This document shows, in pieces, positions 27,134 to 37,438 of a stretch of DNA of 64,000 nt. Under the pieces are notes generated by a model that saw only the letters and a list, made by a program, of their open reading frames with translations, did not search any database and was not told the DNA's origin. Numbering within the stretch: position 1 is the first letter of the stretch; each line of letters starts with the position of its first letter. The DNA lies in IMG/VR virus record IMGVR_UViG_3300028840_001395, positions 62,001 to 126,000 of that record; one strand, written 5' to 3'. Made by a program: the position numbers and the translations under genes.

Positions 27134-27156
27134 GCGCGGGAAATCCTGTTCACTTG
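27134..27156 (+). repeat. 3' strand of the long-range stem closing array 1
   Basis: Reverse complement of 23195-23217 with two G.U pairs. Confidence 0.85.
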
Positions 27157-27238
27157 ACCCCTCCCTCATGGTATAGTCCTCCCAGGTTTCGCGTCGGGGA
27201 CGGCCTGACGCTTCACGCCAACGACCAGGGAGGTCACC

Positions 27239-28192
27239 ATGTTCTTCGTCAGGGACTCTTGGCTCCAGTACGAACCCTTCAACCACTACCGGCTGCCCGA
27301 GATCATCCCCCAGCCCGGAAGCTATGGGGAGCACAAGACCCCCCAGGCCACCGCCTTGTTCAACGACAAGGACACGGGCAAGCTCCGGTTCAAGCGGCCC
27401 ATGTACCGACTTCGGTGGCCCGGAGAGCGCGACCGTCAGCACGATGACGGCATCCCCACCTCCATCATCCAGCACTGGCCCAACCCGATGGCTCGGGCGG
27501 TCAAGGAGCGCATCGAGTGTGCCGACAAGGGTGCCCATGTGGCGATGCCCCTGGATCAGATTCTCATCGCTCGAATGCTCCCCCCGGACGACCAGATCCC
27601 CGAGGCCATCGCCTACCACCTGGCCATGAACTACAAGCTCTACGAAGAGATCAAGGACGCGGGCGTCCAGTTCCCGGTCGCGGGTCTTCCGGCCCGGCGA
27701 GTTCAGCAGATTCTGGATGCCACCTTCGCCCTCGATGACAAGCACCTGGCTGCCCTCAAGTACCTCAAGTGGATGGCCGAGGGTCACCACGAGCACCCTT
27801 TGCTCCACGACTTCGGCTCCGCCGTCCGGGGGACTCTCGGGATTCTGGGCCAGACGGCGGCGGAGTTGTTCTTCTATCTTCTCTTCGACTGCCAGTATGA
27901 CGTGAAGACCCAGTGGTGGGCGCGGAACGAAGGCGGGCTGGCCTACCAGATCCCGCTCTATCTGCACTGGGTCGGGCGGACCGGGATGGGCATGTACTCG
28001 CACATGGCGACCATCCCCCCTCCGGCCCGGCACTGCTCCGACCCGCCCTGGGATGAGCGGTATCCCGATGTCCTCGACCAGCTCAAGCGGTGGGACATGG
28101 ACAAGATGCGCCGTTTCATGCACGAGGACGGGAAGGTGCCCGAAGCCAAGGGGGATCATCCCCGTGTCCAGTTCCCGGAGTCAACGCGGTAG
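27239..28192 (+). CDS. Hypothetical protein
   Basis: SD GGAGGT, 317 aa. Confidence 0.8.
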   Translation: MFFVRDSWLQYEPFNHYRLPEIIPQPGSYGEHKTPQATALFNDKDTGKLRFKRPMYRLRWPGERDRQHDDGIPTSIIQHWPNPMARAVKERIECADKGAHVAMPLDQILIARMLPPDDQIPEAIAYHLAMNYKLYEEIKDAGVQFPVAGLPARRVQQILDATFALDDKHLAALKYLKWMAEGHHEHPLLHDFGSAVRGTLGILGQTAAELFFYLLFDCQYDVKTQWWARNEGGLAYQIPLYLHWVGRTGMGMYSHMATIPPPARHCSDPPWDERYPDVLDQLKRWDMDKMRRFMHEDGKVPEAKGDHPRVQFPESTR

Positions 28193-28591
28193 GCAGCAGA
28201 GGGTCTCCCGAGGGATGATGCTCACGTAGAAGTCGGTGTCTGTCCAGGCGAACCCTACGACCTGGACGTTGCCCTCGATGGGGCGCACGTTGGTGATCTT
28301 GCCCCGCTCTCCGAGGTAGTAGATGTGGCCCGGCGTGAGGCCCTTGCCGAAGTCCGGGACACGCCCCCTCGTCACGATGAAGCAGGTCGTGGAGTTCTTG
28401 ATGTGGACAACGAAGCCGATGGCGTTGTGCCCCTGGGAGTGGTAGGCCCGATTCACCTCGCCCGGCCCCGAGAGGTAGACCGCATCGTACAAGGCCACGC
28501 CATTCTTCGGGTTTCTGCACTCCTCCATGTTGTCGGCGTCCGGCACCTTGACCATCTTGCCGTGTCGTGGAGTGAGTTTTTCGCCCTTCAT
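28181..28591 (-). CDS. Hypothetical protein, resembles phage capsid cement/decoration domain
   Basis: GLTPGHIYYL...G.IT...P....QVVGFA pattern. Confidence 0.5.
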   Translation of the reverse strand: MKGEKLTPRHGKMVKVPDADNMEECRNPKNGVALYDAVYLSGPGEVNRAYHSQGHNAIGFVVHIKNSTTCFIVTRGRVPDFGKGLTPGHIYYLGERGKITNVRPIEGNVQVVGFAWTDTDFYVSIIPRETLCCLPR

Positions 28592-28687
28592 GGCCTTTGT
28601 CTCCTATCTTCGGAGGACTATAGGCCAAATAGGGGGCTTACTTTTTGGCTCTGATGGAGTAGTATAGGGGAGGTTCTCTGAAAACAT

Positions 28688-29048
28688 GGGGGCGAAATGG
28701 CTTCGACTGGGGTGTTGAAGCTCAGGGCGCGTTCCGTGATTGTCGCAGGTCACGTTAAACGGCGGCACACTACAACTGCCAACGACGAGGCGGTTCTCCA
28801 GGCGGCTTAGGCCACCTCGTCCGACCGGGAACCCGTATCCCCGAGGGGTCCTGGGAGGGCGTAAGCAAAATCGAGGATAGGGTCTGCTGCTAGCTGCCCG
28901 GCTCGGCAACCTGAAACGTGCTAGGGATGCTGGTCACGAGAGTCTGCCACTGGACGCTCGGGGTCAAAAGACAAACCAGGGGCTATGAACGTAGGGCCTT
29001 GAAGTGGATTGCTTCAGGACAGGGGTTCGACTCCCCTCGCCTCCACCA
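28688..29048 (+). ncRNA. ssrA: tmRNA, tag (A)ANDEAVLQAA
   Basis: GGGGGCG...TTCGAC 5' end, G3.U70, tag ORF 28778-28810, T arm and CCA. Confidence 0.93.
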
Positions 29049-29101
29049 TTCAATCCTTGACACCTCCACACCACGCTGATACAGTGGGTGTCGGAGGTCA
29101 G

Positions 29102-29743
29102 GTGGGCCGGAAGAAGATTGAAGTTGTCTGCATGAATCCTGCTTGTGGAAAGCCCCACATGAAGGCCCTCAGCGAGGTCAACAGGTCAAAGAAGCTGGGC
29201 CGGGGTTTCTACTGCTGTCGTTCCTGCTCGGTCACACACGCCAACGAGTTCCTGGGCCGGAAGGCCAAGGAGGAGACCCGGACGTGCGAGGTCTGCGGAA
29301 CCACCTTCCAGGTGCTCGGCAAGGCCAAGTCCAGAATCACCTGCTCCAACGAGTGTGCCGACACCCTCCGCTACAAGAAGATGAACCCAGACTCCAAGGA
29401 GCGACAGCGGGAAGCCGGTCGGCAGACAGGCAACCTGAGTGTGTCCGCCTCCCTCAAGAGTCGGGAGATGCCGAAGTATGCGAAGCTCGTCCCGTATCTG
29501 AAAAGCAAGGGCGTGAACTTCGAGTTCGAGGCAGAGATTGGCCCCTACGTGGTTGATCTCTGCCTGCCTGACCACGGTATTGTAGTGGAGTTCGATGGCC
29601 CCTACCACTCTTGGCATGAGGTGGTGGCCAGCGATGCCCAGAGAGATAACTACCTCACCAGGGCAACCTGGCGGGTGTTCCGAATCGGAGTCGAGGCCGG
29701 AGCAGTGATTTCACCCTCCGCCCTGGCTCCACTTGGTCTTTGA
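29102..29743 (+). CDS. DUF559/Vsr-like endonuclease with zinc-finger N-terminus
   Basis: YVVDL...VVEFDGPYH...DAQRDNYL...WRVFRI; Cys clusters. Confidence 0.8.
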   Translation: MGRKKIEVVCMNPACGKPHMKALSEVNRSKKLGRGFYCCRSCSVTHANEFLGRKAKEETRTCEVCGTTFQVLGKAKSRITCSNECADTLRYKKMNPDSKERQREAGRQTGNLSVSASLKSREMPKYAKLVPYLKSKGVNFEFEAEIGPYVVDLCLPDHGIVVEFDGPYHSWHEVVASDAQRDNYLTRATWRVFRIGVEAGAVISPSALAPLGL

Positions 29744-29942
29744 AAGTGGGAGGTGGACTCCCGCCGCCTCCACCAGACTTGTCCCTCTGCTGGCACTACC
29801 GCGTTGCCGTGGCTGGTTGTTTGACCGGACATGGGATTGGGCCGGACAGGGGTGTTCGCAACTACGCTTCAATGAGCGGGGTCGCAACGCCTTCGGGAGG
29901 ATGTAGAATCCCGTCGCCCGCTTTTTGGTTACAAGGACACTG

Positions 29943-30203
29943 ATGCCCGACAAGAACGACATCTACCAAGCTGCCCTACAAATCCTCCGAGAGAAGCTGG
30001 ACGGCTGTGCAGTCATCGATCACTTCAAGGTCGAGGTAGAGCATGACCAGGTAGACATCGTGCCCCAGAGAGGCGCTCAGCTCTCTCTGGCCCGGACTGA
30101 ACCCACCTCATTCAAGGTCACTATCACGGCCCTGAGTCCTTGGGGGCAGCAGATGCTCCGCCAGGCCAACCTCACTGGCAATCTCTCGATCACAACCTAC
30201 TAA
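29943..30203 (+). CDS. Hypothetical protein
   Basis: SD AAGGA. Confidence 0.55.
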   Translation: MPDKNDIYQAALQILREKLDGCAVIDHFKVEVEHDQVDIVPQRGAQLSLARTEPTSFKVTITALSPWGQQMLRQANLTGNLSITTY

Positions 30204-30218
30204 ACTGCGTGGGCGAGG

Positions 30219-30761
30219 TCACGCCCTGAAGGCCACCACAGCACCTGATGGTTCCCGTTCCCACTTGACCCACTTCTGACCATCGAAGGTCTCGGCGTGG
30301 CCTGTGAGTGCTTCGCAGAGCGCCCTCTCCACGTACACAGAGTCACCCCGCCTGGGCCGGTCGGGCTTATCTTCGAGCCAGTGCAGCTTGACCTTCTTGA
30401 GGATATCCAGGTCGTCTTCCTCGACGCTGGGGCAGCCCTGTCGGTGCCACTCGTTGAGGTCGAACAGGATCATGTTCGTGGCCGTGTCGAAGGTGACGAG
30501 CCCCAGCTTGTAGCACTCCCAGGTGCCGGGCCAAATGCCGTCCCATACGACCTCGCAAGGATTCTGGTCGCACTCGTCGCACGGGGCCTGGAGCGCCTGG
30601 ATCTTGTGGAGAGGGCACTGGGCCACATCGCAGTAGTAGCCGTGGTTCTCTCCGGGTTTGGCCCCGCAGTCGTGACAGGGCTTGCCTTGGAGCTTCCTGT
30701 CTCGCTCCCACAGCCAGTCGAGGAGTCCCTGGTCGGCGTTCTTGATGGGATGGAAGGCCAT
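30219..30761 (-). CDS. Cys-rich hypothetical protein
   Basis: CHDCGAKPGENH..CDVAQCP. Confidence 0.7.
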   Translation of the reverse strand: MAFHPIKNADQGLLDWLWERDRKLQGKPCHDCGAKPGENHGYYCDVAQCPLHKIQALQAPCDECDQNPCEVVWDGIWPGTWECYKLGLVTFDTATNMILFDLNEWHRQGCPSVEEDDLDILKKVKLHWLEDKPDRPRRGDSVYVERALCEALTGHAETFDGQKWVKWEREPSGAVVAFRA

Positions 30762-30762
30762 G

Positions 30763-31044
30763 TCAGTCCCAGTCTTCCGTGAGGTCGGCGCAGTGGTTGG
30801 CGACCATCCTCCGGATGTCACGGATCTCGGCCTCGGACAGCTCGACCGATTCTCGGGTGTCCACTCGGGTCACCGATAGCGGGATGAGGAATCTCGCATC
30901 GGGCTTCGTGAAGTCGTCCGAGAACTCCACCTCGAACGTCGCTTCGAGAATCGGGGCATCGGCGTCGGGGACGTTACGTTCCCATCGGGCCGTGACGATG
31001 AGGCGACCCTCGGTGGAGCGGTCGTGTGTGATCTGGACTTGCAT
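30763..31044 (-). CDS. Hypothetical protein
   Basis: Operonic ORF. Confidence 0.7.
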   Translation of the reverse strand: MQVQITHDRSTEGRLIVTARWERNVPDADAPILEATFEVEFSDDFTKPDARFLIPLSVTRVDTRESVELSEAEIRDIRRMVANHCADLTEDWD

Positions 31045-31048
31045 GGTG

Positions 31049-31531
31049 TCACTCCGCCTTGGTCGCCACCCCCGTCACCGACAGCTTCGCGCCCTTGGCC
31101 TTGGCGGACTTCTTCACGGGGGTGCGGGGCAGGGTGGCGATGACCTTCTCCTTGACCAGCTTCTCGGCCTCCGCGACCCCGGCCTCCTGCATCAGCGCCT
31201 TGGCGGCGTCCTTGTCGAGGGCGAGGGCCTCCTCCATCGCGCCCTTGATGGCGTCGAGGGCGGCGTCGCGGGTGACGCCCATGCGCTTCACGAGCAGCGC
31301 GAGCGTCGGGAGCAGGGGGATGCTCGCCGTGGGGGCCTTGTCGGAGTCGTGCCCGATGGTCAGGGTGTCGATCTCCAGGGTCATGTTGATGACCAGCCCG
31401 TTGAGGGTCTGGTCGGGCTCGGCCCGCTCGCGGGCGTCCCCGGCGGTCTTGGCCACCTTCTTCAGGGCGTCCTTGACTCCGGCCTCGATGGCGAGGTGCA
31501 GTGCGGGCGTGTCGGCAATCGCGGTATCCAT
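31049..31531 (-). CDS. Hypothetical protein
   Basis: Downstream of phage promoter motif at 31572-31599. Confidence 0.75.
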   Translation of the reverse strand: MDTAIADTPALHLAIEAGVKDALKKVAKTAGDARERAEPDQTLNGLVINMTLEIDTLTIGHDSDKAPTASIPLLPTLALLVKRMGVTRDAALDAIKGAMEEALALDKDAAKALMQEAGVAEAEKLVKEKVIATLPRTPVKKSAKAKGAKLSVTGVATKAE

Positions 31532-31603
31532 CCTTAGTCCCTCCTCCCCCACCGTGGGGGATGTTCTATGCAGACTACTCTCGGATGGGGAGGGATAAGC
31601 CCC

Positions 31604-32779
31604 CTAGACCGTGATATTTTCCCGGCGCTTCGTTTCCAGTTCGATAGCCTGCATCGCCCGATTGAAGTCTTCCTGGTGCATGAGGCAGCACTCGGAGAAG
31701 ATAGGATAGCCGTTGACACTCCGGGGGAACGTGTGGTGCTTAGCCGTATCGGCCCAGACACACCCGAAGTCCTTGAGGTATTGCTCCCCGACACCTCGGG
31801 TGACGGCATCCCATCGGGCCTTGGCCTCGACCCAGGCGGCGTGCTTGGGCGGGAAGTCCGAGTTGACGGTCTCCCAGGTGATCATCGCGGCCTTGTGCTT
31901 GGCCTCGATGAGATCGATCTTCTCCTGCACCTGGGCGCACTCGGCCTGCCACGCTTTGACCTGGGCCTCGTAGTCGGCTTGTAGCTCGGCGTTCTGTTCT
32001 TCGATCTTGGCCTTGTAGGAGGCGATGTCCTGGCTGTCCTTGTCCTGCCAGTCGATGCCCATCTTGATCTCCTTGAGCACCTCGGGGTCAGGCTTGATGG
32101 GCTCGGGCTTCTCGGGCTTCTCGGGCTTCTCCGGTAGCTCGTCCATCTTGGGCTTGTCGGGACACTCGGGCTCGGGGCCGGGGTCGTCCATCAGGTTCTT
32201 GAAGATCCGCTTCTGCACCTTCTCCGGAATCGACATGCACCCGAAGGCAACGGGCATGAACACCATCCCGATGTCGGTTCCCCTGATGTGGCGGCTTGTC
32301 CAGATGGTGTTGTTGCTGAAGCTGATCACGAACTCCCGGAGATCCTTGTCATCCATCCGGGGGAGCCGCATCTCATGGCCACGGGCGGCGTTACGACCCT
32401 CCATCTCCAGGCGGAACTCCTCCGAGAGCCGTAGCACGGGCTTGTAGGAGATGCCCAGGATCTCCTCATAGAGGCCGAAGTTGTCGAGGGCCTCGTCCAC
32501 GGTCAGGGTTGGGTCAACCTCGACACCGATGCCTTTCTGGTTGTTCACGAACAGCCGCAGCGGAGGTAGATCCCAGATCCAGTAGCGATGAACACCCGTC
32601 CAGCAGAAGCTCTGCCGACCCAGACGGGTTCGGTGGAAGTCCACGGCGGGGAAGTTCCGCAGGATATCGGCCACGCGAAGCTGACGCCTCGTGTAGAACT
32701 CCATCGCCCCCGGCTCCGTCTGGAGGATGTTGGCGATAGGGGTCGAGGGCTTCTCTTCGAGGATACGGCTCTTGCTCAT
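31604..32779 (-). CDS. Hypothetical protein with PEK repeats and coiled coil
   Basis: ATGA-coupled start MSKSRIL. Confidence 0.75.
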   Translation of the reverse strand: MSKSRILEEKPSTPIANILQTEPGAMEFYTRRQLRVADILRNFPAVDFHRTRLGRQSFCWTGVHRYWIWDLPPLRLFVNNQKGIGVEVDPTLTVDEALDNFGLYEEILGISYKPVLRLSEEFRLEMEGRNAARGHEMRLPRMDDKDLREFVISFSNNTIWTSRHIRGTDIGMVFMPVAFGCMSIPEKVQKRIFKNLMDDPGPEPECPDKPKMDELPEKPEKPEKPEPIKPDPEVLKEIKMGIDWQDKDSQDIASYKAKIEEQNAELQADYEAQVKAWQAECAQVQEKIDLIEAKHKAAMITWETVNSDFPPKHAAWVEAKARWDAVTRGVGEQYLKDFGCVWADTAKHHTFPRSVNGYPIFSECCLMHQEDFNRAMQAIELETKRRENITV

Positions 32780-33333
32780 GGCCTCCATCCGATGCCCAGG
32801 AAGTTCTTGTCCTTCAGCCGGATCGCCTCCCGGATGGCAGCTTCGGCCTTGTGGAAGTCCGGGTTCTCCCGCTCTACCCCCATGCACTCCATGCAGATGA
32901 CCTGGCTGCTGAACCGGCTCGGGGTTGATGCCTTGGCTCGCTTCCCGCAGCGCTGGCAGTAGCCGTTCCACTGCGAGGTTCCCCCGAAAAGAACCTGCAC
33001 ATCCTCGAAGGACACATTCCTGGCGAGCACCTTCCACCCGAAGCTACGCCAGCGACCCTCCGTGGGAGCCCTCCACTTCCCTACGGGCTGGCGGGTAGCC
33101 AGCACCACCGTCCGCTTCGGCTGGAGGGGATCCTCGGGGTCGCCCAGGCCCGTGATGGCCCAGGAGCGGTCGTAGCGCAGCATGTCAGCCGGGAAGTGGC
33201 CCCGGCCCTCGACCATGTAGTAGCGCGTCTTGGCCCGCTTCACACCTTCCGGAGTGACGGGCATGTAGGGATCGAACTCCCGGCCTTGCTCGTCCTTCCA
33301 GATGGGAGGATCTTCCAGCATTGGCAGTCCCAT
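32776..33333 (-). CDS. Hypothetical protein with C-terminal zinc finger
   Basis: CQRCGK...CMEC. Confidence 0.7.
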   Translation of the reverse strand: MGLPMLEDPPIWKDEQGREFDPYMPVTPEGVKRAKTRYYMVEGRGHFPADMLRYDRSWAITGLGDPEDPLQPKRTVVLATRQPVGKWRAPTEGRWRSFGWKVLARNVSFEDVQVLFGGTSQWNGYCQRCGKRAKASTPSRFSSQVICMECMGVERENPDFHKAEAAIREAIRLKDKNFLGIGWRP

Positions 33334-33334
33334 G

Positions 33335-35953
33335 TCAACCTCTCACCTTGCTCGGCTTCATTCTACCGCCCCGGATGTCGGCAAGCTCGTTGAGCTTGGC
33401 CACCAGGAGCTTGGGGATCTCCGAGAGCTTGTCCGACCAGATGTGGTCGGGGAACAAGGTCTGCACGTAGTCGGCCCCGTGGCCCAGGCCCACACCGACG
33501 ATGTGAATCCCGGCCTCCTTCGCCAGCCGGAGCTGACGGTTGATGACCGGCATGTGCTCGTGGTTCGGGCACCCGTCCGTGACCACGAAGATGAACCGAT
33601 GCGCCTGCGGAGCCATCGCAGCGAGGTCGAGCGCGAACTGGATGCCGTCCGACATCGGGGTGCTCCCCTGCGCCCGCGTGTTGGCGAAGCGCCAGCGGAT
33701 GTTCTTGAACTTCTCGTGCGGAGCCTTGAAGATGTCGTAGCGAATCCCGTGGGTTCGGTGGTAGTCGTCCCGCTTCTCCCCGTCGCTCACGTTCGGGTTG
33801 GAGTACCAGCGATGGCCCCGACCATCGCGGAAGCCGATGGCCAGGGTCGGGCAGTTGAGCGCGTCGAACGGCTCGGTCAGGGCCACCAGCATCCGGCTGG
33901 CGTCTTGAAGCTGTCCGCACATCGAGCCGGACTCATCGAGAACCACCCCACACCACATGGTCATGTCGATCTTGATGCCCTGGCGGAAGTAGGCCTTCTC
34001 GGGCTGGTCACCGGCCCGCAGCGAAGCCTTGGTGTCCACCAGGAACTTGCTCGACAGGCCCTTGCCCTTCGGCACCCCGTGGACGGTGCTGGTCATCTCC
34101 AGCGCCCGGACGATGGTGCGGAGTCGCGCCCGCAGGTAGGAGGTCTCGGCCTTGACCGACTTGATCAGGTGGTCGGCCTGCTGTGTGTCGTGGTTCTTGC
34201 CCTGGTGCGAGGGCTTGACGTACTCGGCCTTGTCGAGGCCCTGGTCGTAGGGTCGCCACGCGGCCTCGTCGCCCTTGACCGTGCGCTCCTCCCGCTCCTG
34301 CTCGGCGTCGAAGGCCTCTTCCAGGGCTTCGTTGCCATCCTTCAGCCCGGTATCCTCACCGGACTCGATGCCGTCGCAGGCATCGTTGGCGATGTCGCTC
34401 CAGTCGTTGCCCTGGTGATCCTCGCCCGCGTCCTGGTGCCCGCCCGCGCCGTCGCCACCCTCCGCGTCGTCACCCTCGCTGGCCTCGCCCTCACCGCCCT
34501 GGTCACCGTCGCCGTCCTGGTCACCCTGCTCGGAGCTACCGCCGCCCTGGCCGTCCTGGTCATCGTCGGCGTCATCCCCGGAACCGGAGCCATCGGCGGT
34601 GTCGTCGTCATCCTGGTCGTCGCCCGAACCACCGGCCCCGTCCTGGTCGTCGCCGGAACCGCCACCACCCTGACCATCTTGCTCGTCTCCGTCGTCCCCG
34701 TCGCTGCCGCCCCCGCCGCCGGATGACCCGTCCTGGTCGGCGTCATCGTCCTGGTCGTCGCCAGAGCCCCCCTGGCCGTCCTGCTCCTCGCCATCCTGCT
34801 TGTCACCGCTGTCCTGGCCATCCTGCGGGTCGGCATCCTCGGGGTCGAACCCCTCCATGTCCGGGCCGTCCTGCTTCTTGCCGCCCTTGCCGTCCTGTGG
34901 CTTCAACTCGATGTCGATCTCGTCCTGCCAGCCGCAGGCGGTGCAGGTGATGGTTCCCTTGCCCTTGACCTTGCCGCCCTTGCCGTCCGAGAGCGGGCGG
35001 ATCTTGAGCTTGTTCGCGGGAGCGCCGCAGTTGGGGCACGGCTGCGGCTTGTCACCGTCGCCGTCCTTTGGCTGGTGATCTTCCTTGTCGCGCCCGGCCA
35101 GCTCGCCCAGGATGGCGATCACGTCCATTGCCACACGGATGCAGCCGATGTCGTCGTCGTTGGGGAGGTCGATGGCCTCGCGGAGCATCGGGGCGAGCGG
35201 GCCGTCGAGCACCATCTTGACCGCATCGGCGTTGTCGTTGCGGTACTGCATCATCACGATGCCCTGGCGCTCGGTGTTGTAGCCCAGGCCCACGTCACGG
35301 AACACACCCTCGATGATGGAGAACGCGCCCGGCTTGCCACCGTGCGCCCGGAGGTTGTCCTTGCCCTTGGCCTCCATCGAGAGGATGAAGTCCTGCAAGT
35401 CGCAGAGCTTGACGTGGACGCCATCGAACTTCTCGCGGCCCCGGCGCTCGATGCGGATATCCTCGATGATGTTCGACCAGCGCTGGATCGCCTCGTGGTA
35501 CTTGCTCCAGTCCTTGAGCCGCGCCCACCGAGGCAGCACGACATCCGCGACCTCTCGGGCGACCAGCGGGCGGCGGCAGGAGTAGAGCGAGTGGAACGCC
35601 TCGTGATACGCTCCCCCCGTGAGGGCCAGCGCCACCCGCAGCGGCAGCTTGTCCGGAGTGTTGGCGATCACGATCTCGCGGTTGGGCACCGTCTCCGCGT
35701 TCGCCGCCTTGACCCACCCCCGCACGTCATCGAGCGTCGGGGTGCAGTCCGGGTTCTCCTTGGCCCACTTGCACATGTGGGTGACAACCGCTCGCACCGT
35801 CCAGCGGTCGCGGTTGTAGAACATGCTCCCCTTGGAGAACACGTCCGGGGCATCGGAACCCAGGATGCCCACGACCGACGCCTTGTGCGTCCGGCGGTAT
35901 TGGTCGCCCCGCAGCATCGGGGCGGGGTCAGCCTTGACCTTCTTCGGATCCAT
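33335..35953 (-). CDS. CobT-like VWA protein with N-terminal HExxH and long Asp/Gly linker
   Basis: YHEAFH, EDIRIE, LDESGSM, GSTP, VTDG. Confidence 0.85.
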   Translation of the reverse strand: MDPKKVKADPAPMLRGDQYRRTHKASVVGILGSDAPDVFSKGSMFYNRDRWTVRAVVTHMCKWAKENPDCTPTLDDVRGWVKAANAETVPNREIVIANTPDKLPLRVALALTGGAYHEAFHSLYSCRRPLVAREVADVVLPRWARLKDWSKYHEAIQRWSNIIEDIRIERRGREKFDGVHVKLCDLQDFILSMEAKGKDNLRAHGGKPGAFSIIEGVFRDVGLGYNTERQGIVMMQYRNDNADAVKMVLDGPLAPMLREAIDLPNDDDIGCIRVAMDVIAILGELAGRDKEDHQPKDGDGDKPQPCPNCGAPANKLKIRPLSDGKGGKVKGKGTITCTACGWQDEIDIELKPQDGKGGKKQDGPDMEGFDPEDADPQDGQDSGDKQDGEEQDGQGGSGDDQDDDADQDGSSGGGGGSDGDDGDEQDGQGGGGSGDDQDGAGGSGDDQDDDDTADGSGSGDDADDDQDGQGGGSSEQGDQDGDGDQGGEGEASEGDDAEGGDGAGGHQDAGEDHQGNDWSDIANDACDGIESGEDTGLKDGNEALEEAFDAEQEREERTVKGDEAAWRPYDQGLDKAEYVKPSHQGKNHDTQQADHLIKSVKAETSYLRARLRTIVRALEMTSTVHGVPKGKGLSSKFLVDTKASLRAGDQPEKAYFRQGIKIDMTMWCGVVLDESGSMCGQLQDASRMLVALTEPFDALNCPTLAIGFRDGRGHRWYSNPNVSDGEKRDDYHRTHGIRYDIFKAPHEKFKNIRWRFANTRAQGSTPMSDGIQFALDLAAMAPQAHRFIFVVTDGCPNHEHMPVINRQLRLAKEAGIHIVGVGLGHGADYVQTLFPDHIWSDKLSEIPKLLVAKLNELADIRGGRMKPSKVRG

Positions 35954-35968
35954 CCTGCCTCCTCCCCC

Positions 35969-36184
35969 AGACTACTCGGCCAAACGGCGAGATAAGACCT
36001 GGGGGCCTTTCACCTAGACTACTCTCTCGGCGCAAGAAATAAGACCCCTACGCGCATACGATCATCATATAATTTTTTCGGCAGGGGGTCTTATTTCGGG
36101 TCTGGACAGAGTAGTCTGGGTGAGGCAACAGGCTTCAGGTCGAATCGGCAGGGAGGCTTACTTCGACCTGGAACAGAGTAGTCT
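35969..36184. promoter_or_regulatory. Divergent region with four copies of the phage promoter motif (two per strand)
   Basis: CTTAY-N14-GAGTAGTCT at 35969-35996 (-), 36016-36043 (-), 36090-36117 (+), 36157-36184 (+). Confidence 0.75.
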
Positions 36185-36199
36185 GGGTGAGGAGGCAGG

Positions 36200-37429
36200 A
36201 TGCCCAAGACGAACAAGGCTGGAATCGAGTGCCGCGAGTGCGGTCACGTCGAGCAGGACTTCCTGGGGGATCACCTCTTGGAGGCCCACGGACTCACGGT
36301 TCAGGAGTACCTGGACAAGCACCCCGACGCACCGACCGCCAGCAAGCGACTGCTCGACCGCTTCGGGAAGAAGCACAAGAACCCGCGCCGGGCGGCACCC
36401 CCGGCCCCGGACGCCTTGGAGGTCAACTTCTCCAACGTCCGGTTCCCGCTCCACTCGGACGTGCCCGAGAACGCCTGCCTGCCGATGCCCCCGCACTACC
36501 GGCTCCCGGAGCACGGGAAGCTGAGCCAGGACATCCAGCACGCGGTCGTGGCCCTGTCCCACGGTCGAAGCGTGTACATCTGGGGCCTGCCCGGCAGCGG
36601 CAAGGACGCGCTGCTCCACGCTTGGAGCGCCTCCACCCGCCGCCCCGCGCTGATGCGCCAGGTCACGCCGGGCTCCGACATCGAGAGCTGGTTCTTCACC
36701 CGAGCGTTCAACGAGCAGGGGACGTACTGGGAAGAGGGCGAGGTTCTCACGGCCCTGCGCGACGGGTACGAGACCCCGAGCGGACAGCGGCTCCCCTACC
36801 TGTTCCTGGTCACGGACTTCGACCGGGCGACGCGGGAACAGGCCGAGCACCTCCGCCTGATCACCGACTCCATCCAGGGTCGGATCTCCGGGCCGACCGG
36901 CAAGACCTACACGGTCTTCCCCGGCACGGTCATCGCGGTCACGGCCAACACCAGCGGGTCGGGCGACGACCGGGGGCGCATGATCAGCGCCAACCCCATC
37001 GACGCCAGCATCCTCGACCGCTTCCAGCGGACGTTCCAGTTCCGCTGGATGGACTGGAAGGATGAGGAGATCATCTGCCGGGCCAAGTTCCCGGTGCTGG
37101 CGCAGCGGTGCCCCAGCGTGTTCGCCAAGCTGGGGGCGGCGACGGTCGCACTCCGCGAGGCCATCCTGAACGGCGACCTCTACGCGGAGTTCTCGCACCG
37201 GGGCGTCTGCAAGATCCTCGGGCACGCCCAGGACATGCTGGAGTGCCAAAAGGGGCGCAAGGTTCCCGCGAACCTGCTCAAGATGGCCTCGCGGGCATGG
37301 CTCGACGGTCTGCCCGATGAGGAGAGCCGGGACTTCGCCAAGAAGACGATGGATCCGCACTTCAAGATGCTCGATGAGGGCGACACGTCGCACGTCGGCT
37401 CCGGTGGAGTCGCGGACGGCTGGAAGTAG
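36200..37429 (+). CDS. CobS/MoxR-like AAA+ ATPase with N-terminal zinc finger
   Basis: GLPGSGKD, TANT.G.GD, LDRF; CRECG..HLLEAHGLTVQEY. Confidence 0.85.
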   Translation: MPKTNKAGIECRECGHVEQDFLGDHLLEAHGLTVQEYLDKHPDAPTASKRLLDRFGKKHKNPRRAAPPAPDALEVNFSNVRFPLHSDVPENACLPMPPHYRLPEHGKLSQDIQHAVVALSHGRSVYIWGLPGSGKDALLHAWSASTRRPALMRQVTPGSDIESWFFTRAFNEQGTYWEEGEVLTALRDGYETPSGQRLPYLFLVTDFDRATREQAEHLRLITDSIQGRISGPTGKTYTVFPGTVIAVTANTSGSGDDRGRMISANPIDASILDRFQRTFQFRWMDWKDEEIICRAKFPVLAQRCPSVFAKLGAATVALREAILNGDLYAEFSHRGVCKILGHAQDMLECQKGRKVPANLLKMASRAWLDGLPDEESRDFAKKTMDPHFKMLDEGDTSHVGSGGVADGWK

Positions 37430-37438
37430 GAGGAAGAG

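Noticed and set aside
34400-34900. Low-complexity GTC/GCC-rich tract
   Set aside because: Encodes the Asp/Gly linker of the CobT-like protein
35969-36190. Short repeats resembling a CRISPR array or iterons
   Set aside because: Bipartite motif with a fixed variable spacer, scattered upstream of genes on both strands; no cas genes; fits a promoter
33335-37429. Cobalamin biosynthesis (cobS/cobT)
   Set aside because: No CobN or other cob genes; phage CobS/CobT-like pairs are common and not shown to be chelatases
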